A stretch of DNA of 64,000 nucleotides from Octopus vulgaris (GCA_951406725.2 OX597814.1:9548001-9612000); one strand, 5' to 3'. Positions 14,618 through 30,183 are shown, numbered from the stretch's first letter. Notes: generated from the letters alone by a model not told the origin. A program made the numbers and translations.

Positions 14618-14759
14618 GGTCATGAGACGAGAAAAGTTTGCCAGGATAGAAGGCATATGATTACCAAGTGGTGAAATGATGAAGGCAATTCAACCTCAAT
14701 CCAGCTATAAATACCTGGGAATACTTGGGGCAGATGCAATCAAACACCATCACAGGAAG

Positions 14760-15455
14760 GAAAAGACAAAAAGAGAGTACTTGCGGTGAGTGAGAAAAAT
14801 ATTGGCTTCAAATCTGAATGTCAGAAACATAATTCGCCTATACATGAAGAGAGCAGATGCAAGAAGACTGCATGCGTATCGAACTCAAAAGCTTAATGAG
14901 ATACCTAGCCCAAAGTAAAGAAACCTTACTAGTGACAGTTAGGAGTTAGGGGAGTATTGAGAGCAGAGAAAAAAGGGAAAACAAAGGAAGAAATACCAAA
15001 ATGACATGAAGAAGAATTACGCAATTCCCTGCAATCAAAACAGAAGTTGCTGGAAAGAATAGGTGGGATTGGCTGATGAAAAGAACCCTAAAAAAAAGAG
15101 ACCGAGAGCACTATACTGGCAGCGCAAGACCAAGCTAGGAACGACCAAGTGTCTCCGCTGTGCCGCACCTGCAATAGAGTTGATGAAACCATTGCCCATA
15201 TCACGAACGAATGGCTTAGACTTACCCTAAACCACGACAAGTTGTGGCGACACGACCAGGTAGCGAAAGTGCTCCATTGGAAACTGCGAAAAGTGGGGTC
15301 TAGAGAGAGGCAAACTATGAGACAAACTACAGAGAGTGGCAGAATCCAAACAGATTAGGTGCCAGAGCATAACATGCAGGACTTAGTGGTGGTGGATAAG
15401 GTGCACCACATATGCTATATAGTCGAAGTTGAATGCCCCTTTGACCCACGAATAT
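14760..15455 (+). pseudogene. R4/Dong/NeSL-like RLE retrotransposon fragment
   Basis: TESTILAAQDQA, CCHC-like SPLCRTCNRVDETIAHI, RHDQVAKVLHW, DLVVVDK..CYIVEVECPFD (RLE motifs). Confidence 0.85.
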
Positions 15456-16469
15456 TGCTCAGCACAAGCCCGTATGTCGCTAATGCACGGATACTAAACG
15501 ATCGCATGCACGACGGTTTCGTCCTCCTGGATGAACCACGGGCAGGTTCGTCTGTTGTCTCGAACAAGCAATGCTCCACACCCCTAGGCACCGCCATGAT
15601 GCCTAAGGCGTCTGGAAAGCGTTTATAATCTTCAGTCTGAAAGTCCTACAGAAGTGACAACTCAGATTGTTCTCGCCTATGCACAGAGTCAACCCTAGGC
15701 CATCGTTGCTCATATCAACTAACCTCGCAATTAGCGAGAAAAAAAATCGAGATTTCAAGTTTAGTTACAAACCCACCGATGTATTCTGGTTTGTGTGTGC
15801 TCCTGTTCATACCTGATATTCTTATAGTATAATGTTGATCATTTCTCTACCCGAAGTGTCCGACTCTTCGGGTAGACACCATGACACCGACGTCATGACA
15901 CAATCTCCTGTGACCTAGTTCCATCAGGATACCTTTCAAACTTGCCAACCATCGCAGCAAAAGTTCCAATGCTAATACATATAAAAGTGAGGAGAGAGTG
16001 CATCATTGGTGAACCGAGCGTTCAATACTGAAAAGCGCCGAGAGGTGACCATTTAATTTGACCAGCAAGCACGTACCACTGTACATTGCAGAGATCCAGC
16101 CTCTGAAGAGCTACTACATCCCTGGGCACTACCATGAGTAACCGAAGCTGACCACACACCCTGGGTACTGCCACGAGTGATCGAAGCCGACAACTTTTAG
16201 ACAACAACTAGATGATGATGGTTCACCTTGTTAAATGCCCCGGCGGAATTTGAACTCAGAACGTAGCCATGAGCAAAATACTACTAAGCATTCTATCTAG
16301 TGTGCTAATGATTCTGGCAGCTCACCGCCTTATTCATATTCCTAATAATACTTACTGCTACACCCTGTTTTCTTTCACCCTTTTTCACCTTGCTTGTCCC
16401 ATTCTAAATCTTTACTCTTAATTTTCTGCTCTATAACTTCCATTTCTTCACCAATCAGCTGTAACTAAT

Positions 16470-16790
16470 GGATCAATGTCCCACCCCACGAGAAAAATAC
16501 GTTTCCGACCTGTTCTACGATGTATCGCATGAGGTGGAGGTTGTCGTGGATAGATTGACTACACTACTCTTGGCGAGAACCTCAGTGTTGAACAGAGTTA
16601 TGAGCCTGCAATTTTCAACCACGACCCCCTTGTTCGGACCCTTCCTCAGCAGAGTCACCAATATCCGGCACGCTCGACTCAGAACACTCCCAGTCTTCTA
16701 CCAAATGCAGTAGACAGCTACCCAGGTATGTGGAAATATAGCGCAAAGGGCAGACCATCCAATCCTAGTGATTTGCACACCACACAGCGG
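16470..16790 (-). pseudogene. L1/Tx1-clade reverse transcriptase fragment
   Basis: [48 protein letters not shown] (RT domains 0-2). Confidence 0.75.
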
Positions 16791-16957
16791 ATGAGTATTG
16801 ACAAACTGAAAGTAGAGTAGAAATCAACCATAAATAATTGTAGATGAAGCGTGTGATATTTTAAATGTGCACGCTGGCAGAGCATCAGGTAAGTTAGTAC
16901 GTATACATGTGCATGCATATGCGTATATATGAATGCATGTCTGTCTCTCTCTCTATA

Positions 16958-17153
<196 letters not shown>

Positions 17154-17487
17154 TATATATATATGTATGTATATAATATTTTAAACGTCTACACAGACAG
17201 AAATGGCGGGCGAGGAAAACAGAGAAAGGGTGAAATGAGTAGGTATTTACGTCGTGGATGAATGGAGATTGTTGAAGAAGAGGAAAAGAGATAAATGATA
17301 AATGAATTCATCCAACAGTGAAATAAATTGCTTCCGGTTGCTGACATGGCTTTAAAAAAGCAATGGTGGATTGCTTGATGCAGAGATAACAAATCTCGTT
17401 CTCAATCTCAAATGTCATCTCGCAGTTTGTCTTTCGATCTCAGTCTCCCCCAACAGTCACACGTTTACACTTATATACTCACACACA

Positions 17488-17572
<85 letters not shown>

Positions 17573-18040
17573 AGACACACACACACGCACATGCACACAT
17601 ATACACACACACACGCACGCACACGCACACGTACACACACTTACACGTACACACTCCCGCATGCATACATACACACGCGCACACACAGACATACGCACAC
17701 AACACATTACAACACACACACACACACACGCACACATATACATCCTCCATACACACACGCACATACGCACGCGTACATGCACGCACACACAGAGACACAC
17801 GAACACACGCGTACATGCACGAACGGACGCACACACGCACGCACACACACACACACACACATCAACATCAACGCCAAGCTGTAATAAAGAATAAACGAAC
17901 TTTAGATTAGCTAAAACATGTTTGTGATATATTTTAACTTTTAAAGGTAAATGCACAGCAGTAACCACGAAGAAAATATCATCTCTTATGGCAAAGAGTG
18001 TAAAAATAACATATTTGCCCGGTGCTTCTCTCTAACGAAT

Positions 18041-18081
18041 CCAAGACGCGCGTTTCTAGCTGTTAAGCCTTCCTCAATGGG
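18041..18081 (-). ncRNA. Hammerhead-like motif (variant core)
   Basis: ccca-TTGAGGA-A-GGCT-taac-AGCT-A-GAAAC-GCGC-GTC-ttgg; palindromic loop III. Confidence 0.55.
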
Positions 18082-18341
18082 AAATACCGATGAGGGATAA
18101 ACCTGGACAGATTCAAAATCGCACCTTTAATCAAAAACAGTCAAGAGAAGTGAAGAAGGCTAAAGGGCCAAATTAAAACGTATCTGGGAAGCCATTAGAG
18201 GCAAGCAGAGAGAAGATATGGTGTTTTTACGCCTTTTACCACAAGGGAGAATTCCCTGCAAGTAACTGAAGTGTTACTTAAGATGTTAAATATGTCACAA
18301 ATATATTTTAACTAATCTTAAAGTTTGTGTGTGTATATATG

Positions 18342-18387
<46 letters not shown>

Positions 18388-18468
18388 TGAGAAAGTTGGT
18401 TTGTGAAAGCACGTGGTTGAATATATAGAAAATAGTAAAAAGTGAAAAAACATAAACATAACGATGTT

Positions 18469-18506
18469 AGAAATTTGAAAAGCTGAACGCGAAACCGGTC
18501 ATTTCT
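18469..18506 (+). ncRNA. Hammerhead-like motif (TTGAAAA core)
   Basis: agaaat-TTGAAAA-GC-tgaac-GC-GAAAC-CG-GTC-atttct; perfect 6-bp stem I; U3-A8 is compensatory for C3-G8. Confidence 0.65.
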
Positions 18507-18625
18507 TCTAAATTATGTCATTGTAAGGAAAAAAATTTATAATATTCTTCAGACATATTGACTCAAATATATATTTTTTAACCTTTTAAAACAAGCCTTC
18601 TGTAGTTTTTTCCCTTTTTACTATT

Positions 18626-18663
<38 letters not shown>

Positions 18664-18796
18664 TTAGGGTATCTGAGAGTTACCACCACGCTTGAAATAG
18701 CAGCCAAAACTTGACCCTAAAGGCACATTAAAAATTCATACAGCACCAGGAGAGAAAACAAAAAGACAAAATAAACTCGCAAAAAATTATTGGATA

Positions 18797-18854
18797 ATTC
18801 CAGATCCCGGATTTCTGGCTCTGCATAAGAAATGTTTTGCCTCTTCAGTGGAAT
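18797..18854 (-). ncRNA. Type I hammerhead ribozyme, canonical core
   Basis: attcca-CTGAAGA-GGC-(19 nt)-GCC-A-GAAA-TCCGGG-ATC-tggaat; 6-bp stem I; AUC triplet; predicted cut between 18803 and 18802. Confidence 0.7.
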
Positions 18855-19193
18855 ATACACAGCACATACATACATACATACATACATACATACATACATA
18901 CATACATACATACATACATACATACATAAATATATATATATATATATAATATATTAATAAATGAAATAAAACATATGCATATATATAAACATATATGTAC
19001 GTACCTACCTCTACATGTACATATACACGCATATATGAGTACAGGACACCAAAGGGACGTCGAACACAAAGAGAAACGAAAACATAGACACAAACCAAAG
19101 GAACTGGACATTTTTTTAAAAACAACAAAAAATGGAGTACAGGACAATTAACACAACGAAAAAACCCCTTCCTCAGTCGCTAAGGTTTCATCT

Positions 19194-19240
19194 ACTCTAC
19201 GTTTCGAAGGATAAAAGCGAGACGTATCTTCGACAAGAAA
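19194..19240 (-). ncRNA. Degenerate hammerhead-like motif in module ~19035-19440
   Basis: ttc-TTGTCGA-AGATA..TATCCTTC-GAAAC-GTA-gag; same ACGT stem III and GUCGA core as family A. Confidence 0.45.
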
Positions 19241-19552
19241 CTTTCCTTCCTGCGAAAAGCAAATCAATTAAAATTCTGAGATCTTTTCGCAGAGGGGTAA
19301 AAAATGGTAAAAAAACAGGACAGTAACGACAGTACAAAAATATAAACAGTAAAAAAAATAACAGTAAAAGACAGGACAGGGAAAAACAAGATAAGAAGGG
19401 CTGTTGACGCCGAACGAAAAAAGTATTGCAAACGCAGAATTTTATATATAACATACGAATACTTACATATACGAACGTATACATAAATATATATGCACGT
19501 ATGCACACGACCAGTTTAAATTACCCGCCTAAAACTCCTCGTGCGATATGAT

Positions 19553-19761
19553 GATTTTTGATTTTTGATTTTTCCAGTTTCAGCTCATGAGCTGTGGCCA
19601 TGCTGGGGCACCGCCATTTGGTTTGCTACATGATTTTACCTCACGAATGCTTTTTAGCAATTGCCATTTGGTGCATGAGAGAGTTCGATGCAGCTGCCCT
19701 CATCTGCACCTCCTGCCGTGAAGTTGGTTCATCCGGGACACCTGACAGGAAGAGATCCAGT
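19553..19761 (-). mobile_element. CR1-like LINE 3' end (5'-truncated)
   Basis: LDLFLSGVPDEPTSRQEVQMRAAASNSLMHQMAIAKKHS* followed by 3' UTR stem-loop CAGCTCATGAGCTG and (AAAAATC)n tail; homologous to 56710-56877. Confidence 0.85.
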
Positions 19762-20395
19762 CCTACTTTAAAATATGGTCAAAATATATCACTGCAGTGA
19801 ATATAATGACGAAATAAATTTATAAATTTATATAATCATATATATATATATGAATATATATATATATATATAACAAAAGAAAGAGATAAAAATCCCACCT
19901 GGACAATATGTTCCGACACAGCATTTAACTTTTTAAATTCTTAAATTTCTCACGTTGCTTAAAACTTTAAAAATCCTTTAGATTAACTCTGACGAGAGAA
20001 ATATAGGTGATTTTTATGTTTGGAATTAACTCGCCCATGCCAACCTATTTGCACCTGCTCAAGATTACTTTCTCATCTATTTGGATTACCGCAATACATT
20101 CACCATCCGCGTATTTTAATATCCTCATTGATTTTAATACGGACATACAACCTCGCAAGTACATTTATGTATTTCTATATATTTATATATTTATGAATTT
20201 TCATATTATATCTTATGCATATGAATGCACATATGTACGCTGTGGAGTATTCCGACGCTTTGAAATATATTGAATGAATATGAACACTGACCTTAGAAAT
20301 TTGTTCTCTCTTTCTTTGTTTTATATTCCCGAGGCTCTATTGGAGCGCTAATTAGTTGTGCTGTATAAGGGGATATTTATCCCATTTATTTCTTC

Positions 20396-20442
<47 letters not shown>

Positions 20443-20487
20443 TTTTTTTGTGAATTCTCTCATATATATGTATATAATTTCTTTTAA

Positions 20488-20931
<444 letters not shown>

Positions 20932-21289
20932 TGTATAAATATAATATAATGTAAGCCTCATTACCTATCGTTCTCTTTTACTTTCGTTTTTATTTGGGAT
21001 GTTAGCGTTAAGACACAATTTTTTCTGTTTAGAGTTAAATTTTTGAGATGACACAACTGAATTAAGTGCTATATTACTCTGGTAACATGGTCGCAATGAA
21101 CTCCCATCGATCACGAGGAACTACTTTTACTGCTACTCCTTAACGAAAATATCCAGTTGATCAATTTTCATTTTCATGTTTGTGTGCATTGATACATTCC
21201 TCAATATGGTCAGTTTGCCATTCTCTGAGATCTGTTCTAGAGTATATTTATACTATATTCTTTCTCTTGGTACTCTATAATCCTTATAC

Positions 21290-22520
21290 CATAACGTTCG
21301 ACCACAAATGCAATCACAACGTCAATCTCAGCCAACAATTGCAATCGCACCCACAACTACAACGGTAACAAACAGCAATGTCCATGATCATGACTACAAT
21401 CCCAACCCTAACCGCAACCATAATCATAGCCACAATCACCATCCAATCGCAATCGCATCTAATATCATAATCAACTGCAATCCTAACTCCAAGTACAATC
21501 GCAAGGACTACAATCACAGTCACGGTGACATTCGCAATCTAGTCACAATCAAAAGCAAAAACTGCAGCCACACATTTACGGTCATAATGATAACTGCATT
21601 CAGAATCACAACCACGGCCGTAACCAGGATTGCAGTAATAATTACGGTTAGAACCGTAACGACAGCTGCATTCACAGCCGTGATCACAGCTGTCACTGTC
21701 TAGATCCTCTTCCACCCGGATCATCGCCTAATCCCAAACAATCGTTGCAATCATCACCTCGATCCTCGTTTCTTTCATCGCATCGCTGATGTAGAAGATA
21801 TGCTGTTTAGATAAACAGCAATGGCGGCGACAAAAAACAGCAGTAGCAACAATAAGAAGAACAACAAGAACAACAGTAGTAGCAGAAGCAGAAGCAGCAG
21901 CAACATCGATAGCAACACAAACTCTACAAGAATGACAAATAAAAGGAACAATAGTAAACACTACCACCACCGAAACAACAATAATGACATCTATGAAGAC
22001 CACCACCACCACTAGCACTGCAATCACTACCACCACCACCACCACCATCACCACCACAACCACCACAATCACTACTTCAGTCACCTTACCACAACTACTA
22101 CCACTACCACCACCACCACCACCACCACCACCACGACCGCCGCCGCCGCCGGCACCACCACCACCACCACCACCACCACCACCACCACGACCGCCGCCGC
22201 CGCCGCAACCACCATCACCACCACCACCACTACCACCATCTTACCATCACGACCACAATTACCACAATCGCCGCCGCCGCCGCCACCGCCACCACCACCA
22301 CCACCATCAGCCCGCTCCAAAAATAAATATCATCACCTTCATAATTACCAGCACAAATACCGCCAACATAAAAAAACAAACAAACAACTTCCATAACAAG
22401 AAACACCACTGTTAATATCTGCAAAACAACTGGAGCATAATACCACCAGCACCAGCATCAACACCAGCACCACCAACACCACCAGCACCACCAACACCAC
22501 CAACACCACTATCCTACAAC
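21290..22520. repeat. Low-complexity (CAA/CAC/CCG/CAG)n trinucleotide mosaic
   Basis: Degenerate triplet runs giving spurious poly-T/P/H ORFs. Confidence 0.85.
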
Positions 22521-22559
22521 GCTCACTACAGACATCCTAGACTGCATCTAGAAAAGACC

Positions 22560-22870
22560 CAGTCGACTGACTGCCATAATTACTCATTGACGCATCTCAA
22601 CCTCTGGTCTATAGGCACGATGTCTTCTCCGTTATTTCTTCTGTTCTATAATTGCTTGGCTCGTGTCACTCTAACACGGGCATTCGTCTCTCTTGCTCTC
22701 AACATCCTTGTTGCATCCAACCTATCAAGCCCCGTACTAATATCACTACGTCCTGTATGCCTTTCTTAGATTGTCGGTCTACTGAATTCCTCCCTTGCTC
22801 CTATTTCTTTCCCGCAGGCGTAGAAGAACAAAGGTTCAAGAGGAACATTAATAACATCAAACTCAGTGGT
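22560..22870 (+). pseudogene. Old LINE (Jockey/CR1-like) RT C-terminal remnant
   Basis: HPCCIQPIKPRTN....FP....QRFKRNIN resembles LINE ORF2 C-termini. Confidence 0.55.
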
Positions 22871-22947
22871 CTAAGAGGACCTGTGAAAATCATGGACATT
22901 GCCACTTCCTCCTATTTCAATAAAAGAAAAAATAATCCTCAAGAAAT

Positions 22948-23305
22948 TTGGTTTGCTTCTCAAATACATGGTTCCGGGTTCAGTCCCACTACATGGCACC
23001 TTGGGCAAGTGTGTTCTACAAAAGCCTTGGGCCGACCAAAGCTTTGTGTGTAGATCCATCCATCCGTTATGTACGAACATATAGAATTTCAATATTTCGG
23101 ACATGAATGCTTAGATAGTCTTTGAAAGAAATGATGGCTTTTTGCACTTGCTGTTGCAGATCCAGAGATATAGCTGGTTTGGCAAAGAGAGACCGATAGA
23201 ATAAGTACTAGGCTTACAAAGAATAATTCCTGGGGTTGATTTCTTCGACTAAAGGCGCTGCTCCAGCATGGCCGCGGTGAAATAATTGAAACAAATAAAA
23301 GAATA
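22948..23305 (+). mobile_element. SINE group 1 fragments (head 22948-23050, tail 23175-23305)
   Basis: Matches head and tail of full copies. Confidence 0.8.
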
Positions 23306-23329
23306 TAAAACGCCATTCGGAGAAAAAAA

Positions 23330-23580
23330 CCCGCTATCCTGGAATAAATAGAGATACCCTTGGTTTTGAAAACATACACAAGCACCAACACATCGAATAC
23401 TTCTGGAACATTCCCATCAAAACAACTGTCAAGTGTAAACATAATTAGCCGGATATTGTTGTTTGGGACAGACAAGAAAAAGTATGTACTGTTACAGAGG
23501 TCAGCTGTTCTGCTGATATGAATATCTCTAAAAATCAAAGAGGATCACTATGGACAATTGCTTCGAAACCTCCAGCTTCT
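23330..23580 (+). pseudogene. RLE endonuclease fragment of a non-LTR retrotransposon
   Basis: IEYFWNIPIKTTVKCKHN*PDIVVWDRQEKVCTVTEVSC (PD-(D/E)xK-type RLE motif); cut off by the mariner at a TA. Confidence 0.75.
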
Positions 23581-23581
23581 A

Positions 23582-24460
23582 TCAGGTTGAGTTAAAAGTA
23601 ACCAACTTTTTGAATCATGAAAAATTTATACTAGATTTTTAAGGTTTTGAATTTTTTAAAACATTATTTTTTGCAATTCTCTGATAAAGATATAGACTTG
23701 CCAAAATGCATTAATTTTTTCACCGTTGTTACAATCATCTGAAACGGAATTGTCAAAGCACGATATTCGAGCAGTTTTGCTATTCAACTTCAAAAAAGGA
23801 TGTAAACCAGCTGAAACTGCTTGCGATATCAATGAAACGCTTGGTGAGGAAATGACCAGTGAGTGGCCAACTCGGAAATGGTTTAAACGATTTTGCAATG
23901 GAGACTTGAGCCTTGAAGATCGTGAGCGTAGTGGACGCCCATCTGTCATCGATGACGGTCAATTAAAGATCGTCATTGAGAAAGATCAACGTAAAACTAC
24001 TAGAGAACTGGCAAAAAAATTTAAAGTTAGCCAGAAAACTGCCTGCAACAATTTGCATGCGACCGGAAAAATAAAAAATGCTTGACAAATGGGTACCACA
24101 CGATTTGAATGAAAATCAGAAAATGTGCAAATACGAAATTTGCTAGTTGCTTTTTCTCCGTAACCAGACCGATCTATTTCTCGACCGTATTGTAACTTGC
24201 GATGAAAAGTGGATTCTGTACAATAATAAAAAACTTTCTTTGTAGTTGTTGGACCAAAATGAAGCAGCGAAAATCTTCCCTAAACACGGGGCTCTTCAAA
24301 AAGAAGGTTATGGTCACTGTTTAGTGGTGTACTGTTGGAATCATCCACTATAACGTCTTAAAATCCGGAAAAAACCATTACTGCAGAAACATATTGCCAT
24401 GAAATTGGCCAAAATGAATGAAAAACTGCTTTTCTCCGTCCCAGACTGGTCAGCAGTCAT
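23582..24460 (+). mobile_element. Mariner element, 3'-truncated, transposase pseudogene
   Basis: TA plus TCAGGTTG TIR-like start; ELSKHDIRAVLLFNFKKG..WFKRFCNGDLSLEDRERSGRP (HTH), WVPH, TCDEKW, KKVMVTV; start ATG mutated to ACG at 23744, stops and frameshifts. Confidence 0.93.
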
Positions 24461-25420
24461 GGGTGCTTGTTCTTCAGGATTTTAATATTGATGGTTTTGC
24501 TCTCTCTCATTCAAACTTTGTTTCTCTTCTTTCATTCTTTCTTTTTTCCTTCATTCATTCATTCTTTCTTTCCTTCTTTCTTTCATTCATTTATTCTTTC
24601 TTTCCTTCTTTTTTAGTTTGTTTGTTTGTTTGTTTCTTTCTTTCTTTCCGAACAAAAAAGAATACACACAGATATTATACTTATAGGTTTTCTCCTCTAC
24701 ATTTTTCCTGGTTTGATTTGTATATCTATTGGTTTATCTAAATATTTTCTCCAATTTAAAAAAAATAAAATTCTTCTTCTTCTTCTTCTTCTTCTTCTTC
24801 TTCTTCTTCTTCTTCTTCTTCTTCTTCTTCTTTTTCTTCTTCTTCTTCTTCTTCTTCTTCTTCTTCTTCTTCTTCTTCTTCTCATTGACCACACGGACGC
24901 TATATATACATTCCACTCGCTCTCTCTCACATCTCTTTACCAAATATCCTACGTTCTCCCTAACAATGTGTGGGTGTATATATATATATCGTGTTTTTGT
25001 CCGTGTTGTCGCACATATTCGCCTGCATTCTTCCCAAAATTTAATGCCCATAGCTTAGATTTTTGGGGCCTACCAATTTTGAACAGTCTCTAGTGTAACA
25101 AGCCGAAACTGTAGTGATAACTGGAAGCTTGACTGATGAATAGAAAACCACGAATGTTCCGTGCTGGTTTTCTGTCTGTCCTTGTATCGTCCATCTGCCC
25201 GTATATTTTCATTGTCATCCGTTACGTTCTTGTTCCGTTTTTATTATATATATATGCATATGTATATAATTGCATATATATATAGGAACACACACACACG
25301 CACACACATATGTATAATATATATGTGTGTGTGTTTATGTATGTATGTATATATGTATGTATGTGTGTATATATATATGTATATGTATATATATATGTGT
25401 GTATATATATATATATTTGT

Positions 25421-25561
<141 letters not shown>

Positions 25562-25922
25562 TTGAGAGTTTATAAACTTCAAGAGAACGTGAAGTAATTC
25601 TTTTTTGGGGGTGGGTGGATGGTGAACCTCGAATCAGATAAAGTTAAAAATAATAGCATGTAAATATTGGGCTAAAAAAATATACGTAAGTACACACACA
25701 CACACACACACAGAGAAGGAGGGTCGCCGTTACTCGGGAAATTAAACGATTCATTATTGACTAATCAATAATTCTGCATACGATTATCATTTCAAGCACA
25801 CTGCTTATATTATTTGCAACAGAGACATTTACATTTACTTTTTAATATTTTATTTGTGTTTCATTAACTCACTATAAACAGAAAGACTGTAAGTGTACAA
25901 TATGTGGGTTGAGTGTGTGCGT

Positions 25923-25984
<62 letters not shown>

Positions 25985-26089
25985 GCGCGTAATGAGCAAC
26001 CAAACCTGCATCTTAAAAAGTTTGATTTATTCAGATTTTGTTATTTTTTATATTTTTATGATTTAAACATTGGAGATTATGATCGCGCG

Positions 26090-26166
<77 letters not shown>

Positions 26167-26208
26167 GTCTGTCTATCTATGTATCTGTGTGTGTGTGAGT
26201 GTGTATAC

Positions 26209-26239
<31 letters not shown>

Positions 26240-26385
26240 CCCTACTATACAGATAAAACATATATAGACAGAGATACACATGGACATATATACATGCTCA
26301 GAAACACACACACACATACATATATAAATGGACCACAGCTAAAGAACAAAGTGTGACATACAGAGAGATAAGACACTAACCACTA

Positions 26386-26422
<37 letters not shown>

Positions 26423-26519
26423 AAAAATTTATATATATATATGTATATACATATATGTATATGTGTGTGTATATATATATATATGTAATACATATATTAC
26501 ATATATTTGCACCTCTCTC

Positions 26520-26628
<109 letters not shown>

Positions 26629-26788
26629 GTATACACACATATATGCACATGTATATGTATATGTATATGATGTTTATAAATAATATTTATAATTGTGTGA
26701 GTGTATGCATGTTAATGTTTTATGTCTACAAATCTTTCTCTCTCGCAGTTCTTTGTTTCTCAGCCTTGCTCTAACAACATCAACACCG

Positions 26789-26820
<32 letters not shown>

Positions 26821-27841
26821 CTTTCTTTTCTGTCCAACACTTTATCTCACTCTCTATCTCTCTATCTTTCCATCGGCCACACACACATACTGGCTATCTT
26901 ACTGTCCTTCTTATACTTTCGCATCACTACGTTCTCGTTAATTATGTGATAGCAAGAGAGAGGTGAAAGTTCAGAAATTGTTATTACAAACGTGTTAATG
27001 AGATACAGAGCCGACAAAGACAAAGGCCACAGAATGACTTGCAAATGCCTTTCGGAATTTCACACCAGCCTTTGATCTAGCTGTTCATTGATTCGTGTAT
27101 AGATAAGGCTGATTCGAAAATCATTGTTACTCTCATAATGGTTCTGATGATTTTCCTAGTGTAAAGAAAACCCCTGCGTTGATCCTTCTGCAATTTGTGG
27201 TTCCATAGTTTGGCGTTTGGTCGCGATACAGTTTGGTGGCGATAGAGCCGGGGTGGCTTGAAAACGGAGAGTGAGGCAGTGAAGTATGGTATGATGTGGT
27301 CTGGTCTGTAGTGGTCTGGTGTAGCGCGTGTGTATGTGTTGCGTAGTCTGGCGCATGCGTGGTGGTTATGGCTATGGTTGCGGTTGAGGTTGAGGTTTGT
27401 GGTACTGGTAGTGGTTTTCATTTATTTATACATTTGTTTGTTTATTTATGTTTTTATGTTTCTTATCTTCATTCGCATTTAATGGTGGCATCATCGGTTC
27501 CGGCGGGGTGGTAATAGGGGTGGGGTGGTAGTGGTGGTAATGGGGTGGGTGGGAAACATGGGTAGTAATGTGGGTGAAGATGAAGGCGATAGGAATGTAT
27601 GAACATGTGTGTATATGTATTTTTACATATAGATATATAGACACATGAACGCATGTACACAAACATGCATATGAAGTTATGTAGTTATGTATGGATATAT
27701 ACATACGTGTGTGCATGTATCTATGTGTATGTATGAATGTGTGTGTGTATTTATACATACATTTACATATGCAAGTGTGTGTGCGTATGTATATGTGTAT
27801 CTATGTGTATGTGCATGTATGTGTATGTATGCGTGTGTGTG

Positions 27842-27886
<45 letters not shown>

Positions 27887-28063
27887 GAGACACATGGGAT
27901 ACACAAATACACACACACGCACACACATACATATGTATATATATATATATATATGTACACACACACACACATATATATATACATATATATGTGTGTGTAT
28001 ATATATATATATGTATATATATATATGTATATATATATATGTATATATATATATGTATATATA

Positions 28064-28160
<97 letters not shown>

Positions 28161-28831
28161 AGGATATAGATAGGTAGGTAGATTGATAGAGAGAATGTGG
28201 TATAATTAGAATCACAGATAGTTATAAGATAGAATGTTACACACACATACACACACACACATGCGCGCGCGCATATATAGTGAGAGAGAAAGAAGGAGAG
28301 AAAGAGAGAGAGAGAGCGAGAGAAGTATAAAGAGAGAAAGTGAGACAATGACAAAAAGCGACCGATAGATAAATAGATCGATGTTTAGATGGCGAGATTG
28401 GGGGAGAAAATGAAAAGGAACGGAACCATTATCGAATAAGCCGATAGGAAGAGAGGGCGGGGGAAAAACTTGAATATAAACGGCGAAGGACCTTGAGAGA
28501 AAGAACCGCGAGAAGAAGAGAGAGAGACAGAGAAGTTTTTACGGCTGGTGAGACATTGATAGCTTAAGAAGAATTTTACTGTTCAGCTGTACCAGGGGTT
28601 AGGTGCGATATTTCTAAATAGAAATGATAGCGGCTGACTACTAAAGCGAAGAGGTCAGATGTTAAGACGGTGGCGATCAGCAACGTTGGGAGAAAATGGT
28701 TTCATGAAAAGTATTCAGTGAAAAAAACAAAAAACAAGCATAAAATATCTTTTTGTTAGATGTAATTTATGATAAATACTCTATTTTGTGTTTCTATGAA
28801 TATGCGTTAATTCGTTACATCGCTTTCTTTC

Positions 28832-29017
<186 letters not shown>

Positions 29018-29018
29018 A

Positions 29019-29051
<33 letters not shown>

Positions 29052-29053
29052 GC

Positions 29054-29109
<56 letters not shown>

Positions 29110-29265
29110 TTCTCTAGTTTTCTCTATCTCTGTCTCTCTCTAAGCATTTGCAAAATGGAAAAAGGTTTATTCAAGCTTAAATGGTTTGCGTTTCAATGAG
29201 AGGGAACAGACGATAAAATAGTGCAGTCTTTTCAAGTCAGTAACTTCAGATATTCTCGCCGTAAC

Positions 29266-29428
<163 letters not shown>

Positions 29429-29496
29429 CATCATCATCATCATCATCATCATCACCACCATCTTCATCATCATAATCATCATCATCATCATCATCA

Positions 29497-29545
<49 letters not shown>

Positions 29546-29726
29546 CATTATTATTATTATTATCATTATTATTATTATTATTATTGTTATTATTAGAACG
29601 CTTAGTTTTATTCCTATATTACTCTATGTGACCCGCGGAAGAACATTTGAAAAAAAAAACATAAAATGAAAGGAATTGAAAATGAAAATCAGAAAAAAAA
29701 TGTAAAGCTAATAATATGAGGATGAC

Positions 29727-29776
<50 letters not shown>

Positions 29777-30126
29777 CAACAACAAAAACAACACATAAAT
29801 AATACATTAATAAGTAGAGTAAAGGCAATGTTTATAAATAAACGTGTATAAACAGGATACATTATGCAATTGCAAGGATATTTTCAAGATAATTTGACCT
29901 CTATAAATATGTAGCTATTCTACGGTCTGATGACAATGTGTATGTGTGTGTTTGTCTGTTTGAGAGTGTACGTGTGTGTGTGTGTGTGTGTATGTGTGTG
30001 TGAAAGAGAGAGAGAGAGTGAGAGAGAATGAAAGCCTAGTAGAGATATACTGAAGAGAAGGGATAGTGTTAGTGTATGTGATTTTTTAATGAGCAATACA
30101 TATATACATACATACATACGCATATA

Positions 30127-30183
<57 letters not shown>

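Noticed and set aside
19989-20033. CTGACGAG...CTCG possible HHR; also 25075-25120 and 25133
   Set aside because: GAAA box or cleavage triplet missing; too decayed to call
21984-22415. Poly-Thr/Pro/His ORF resembling formin or extensin
   Set aside because: Arises from (CAC)/(CCG) runs; no splice signals or domain context
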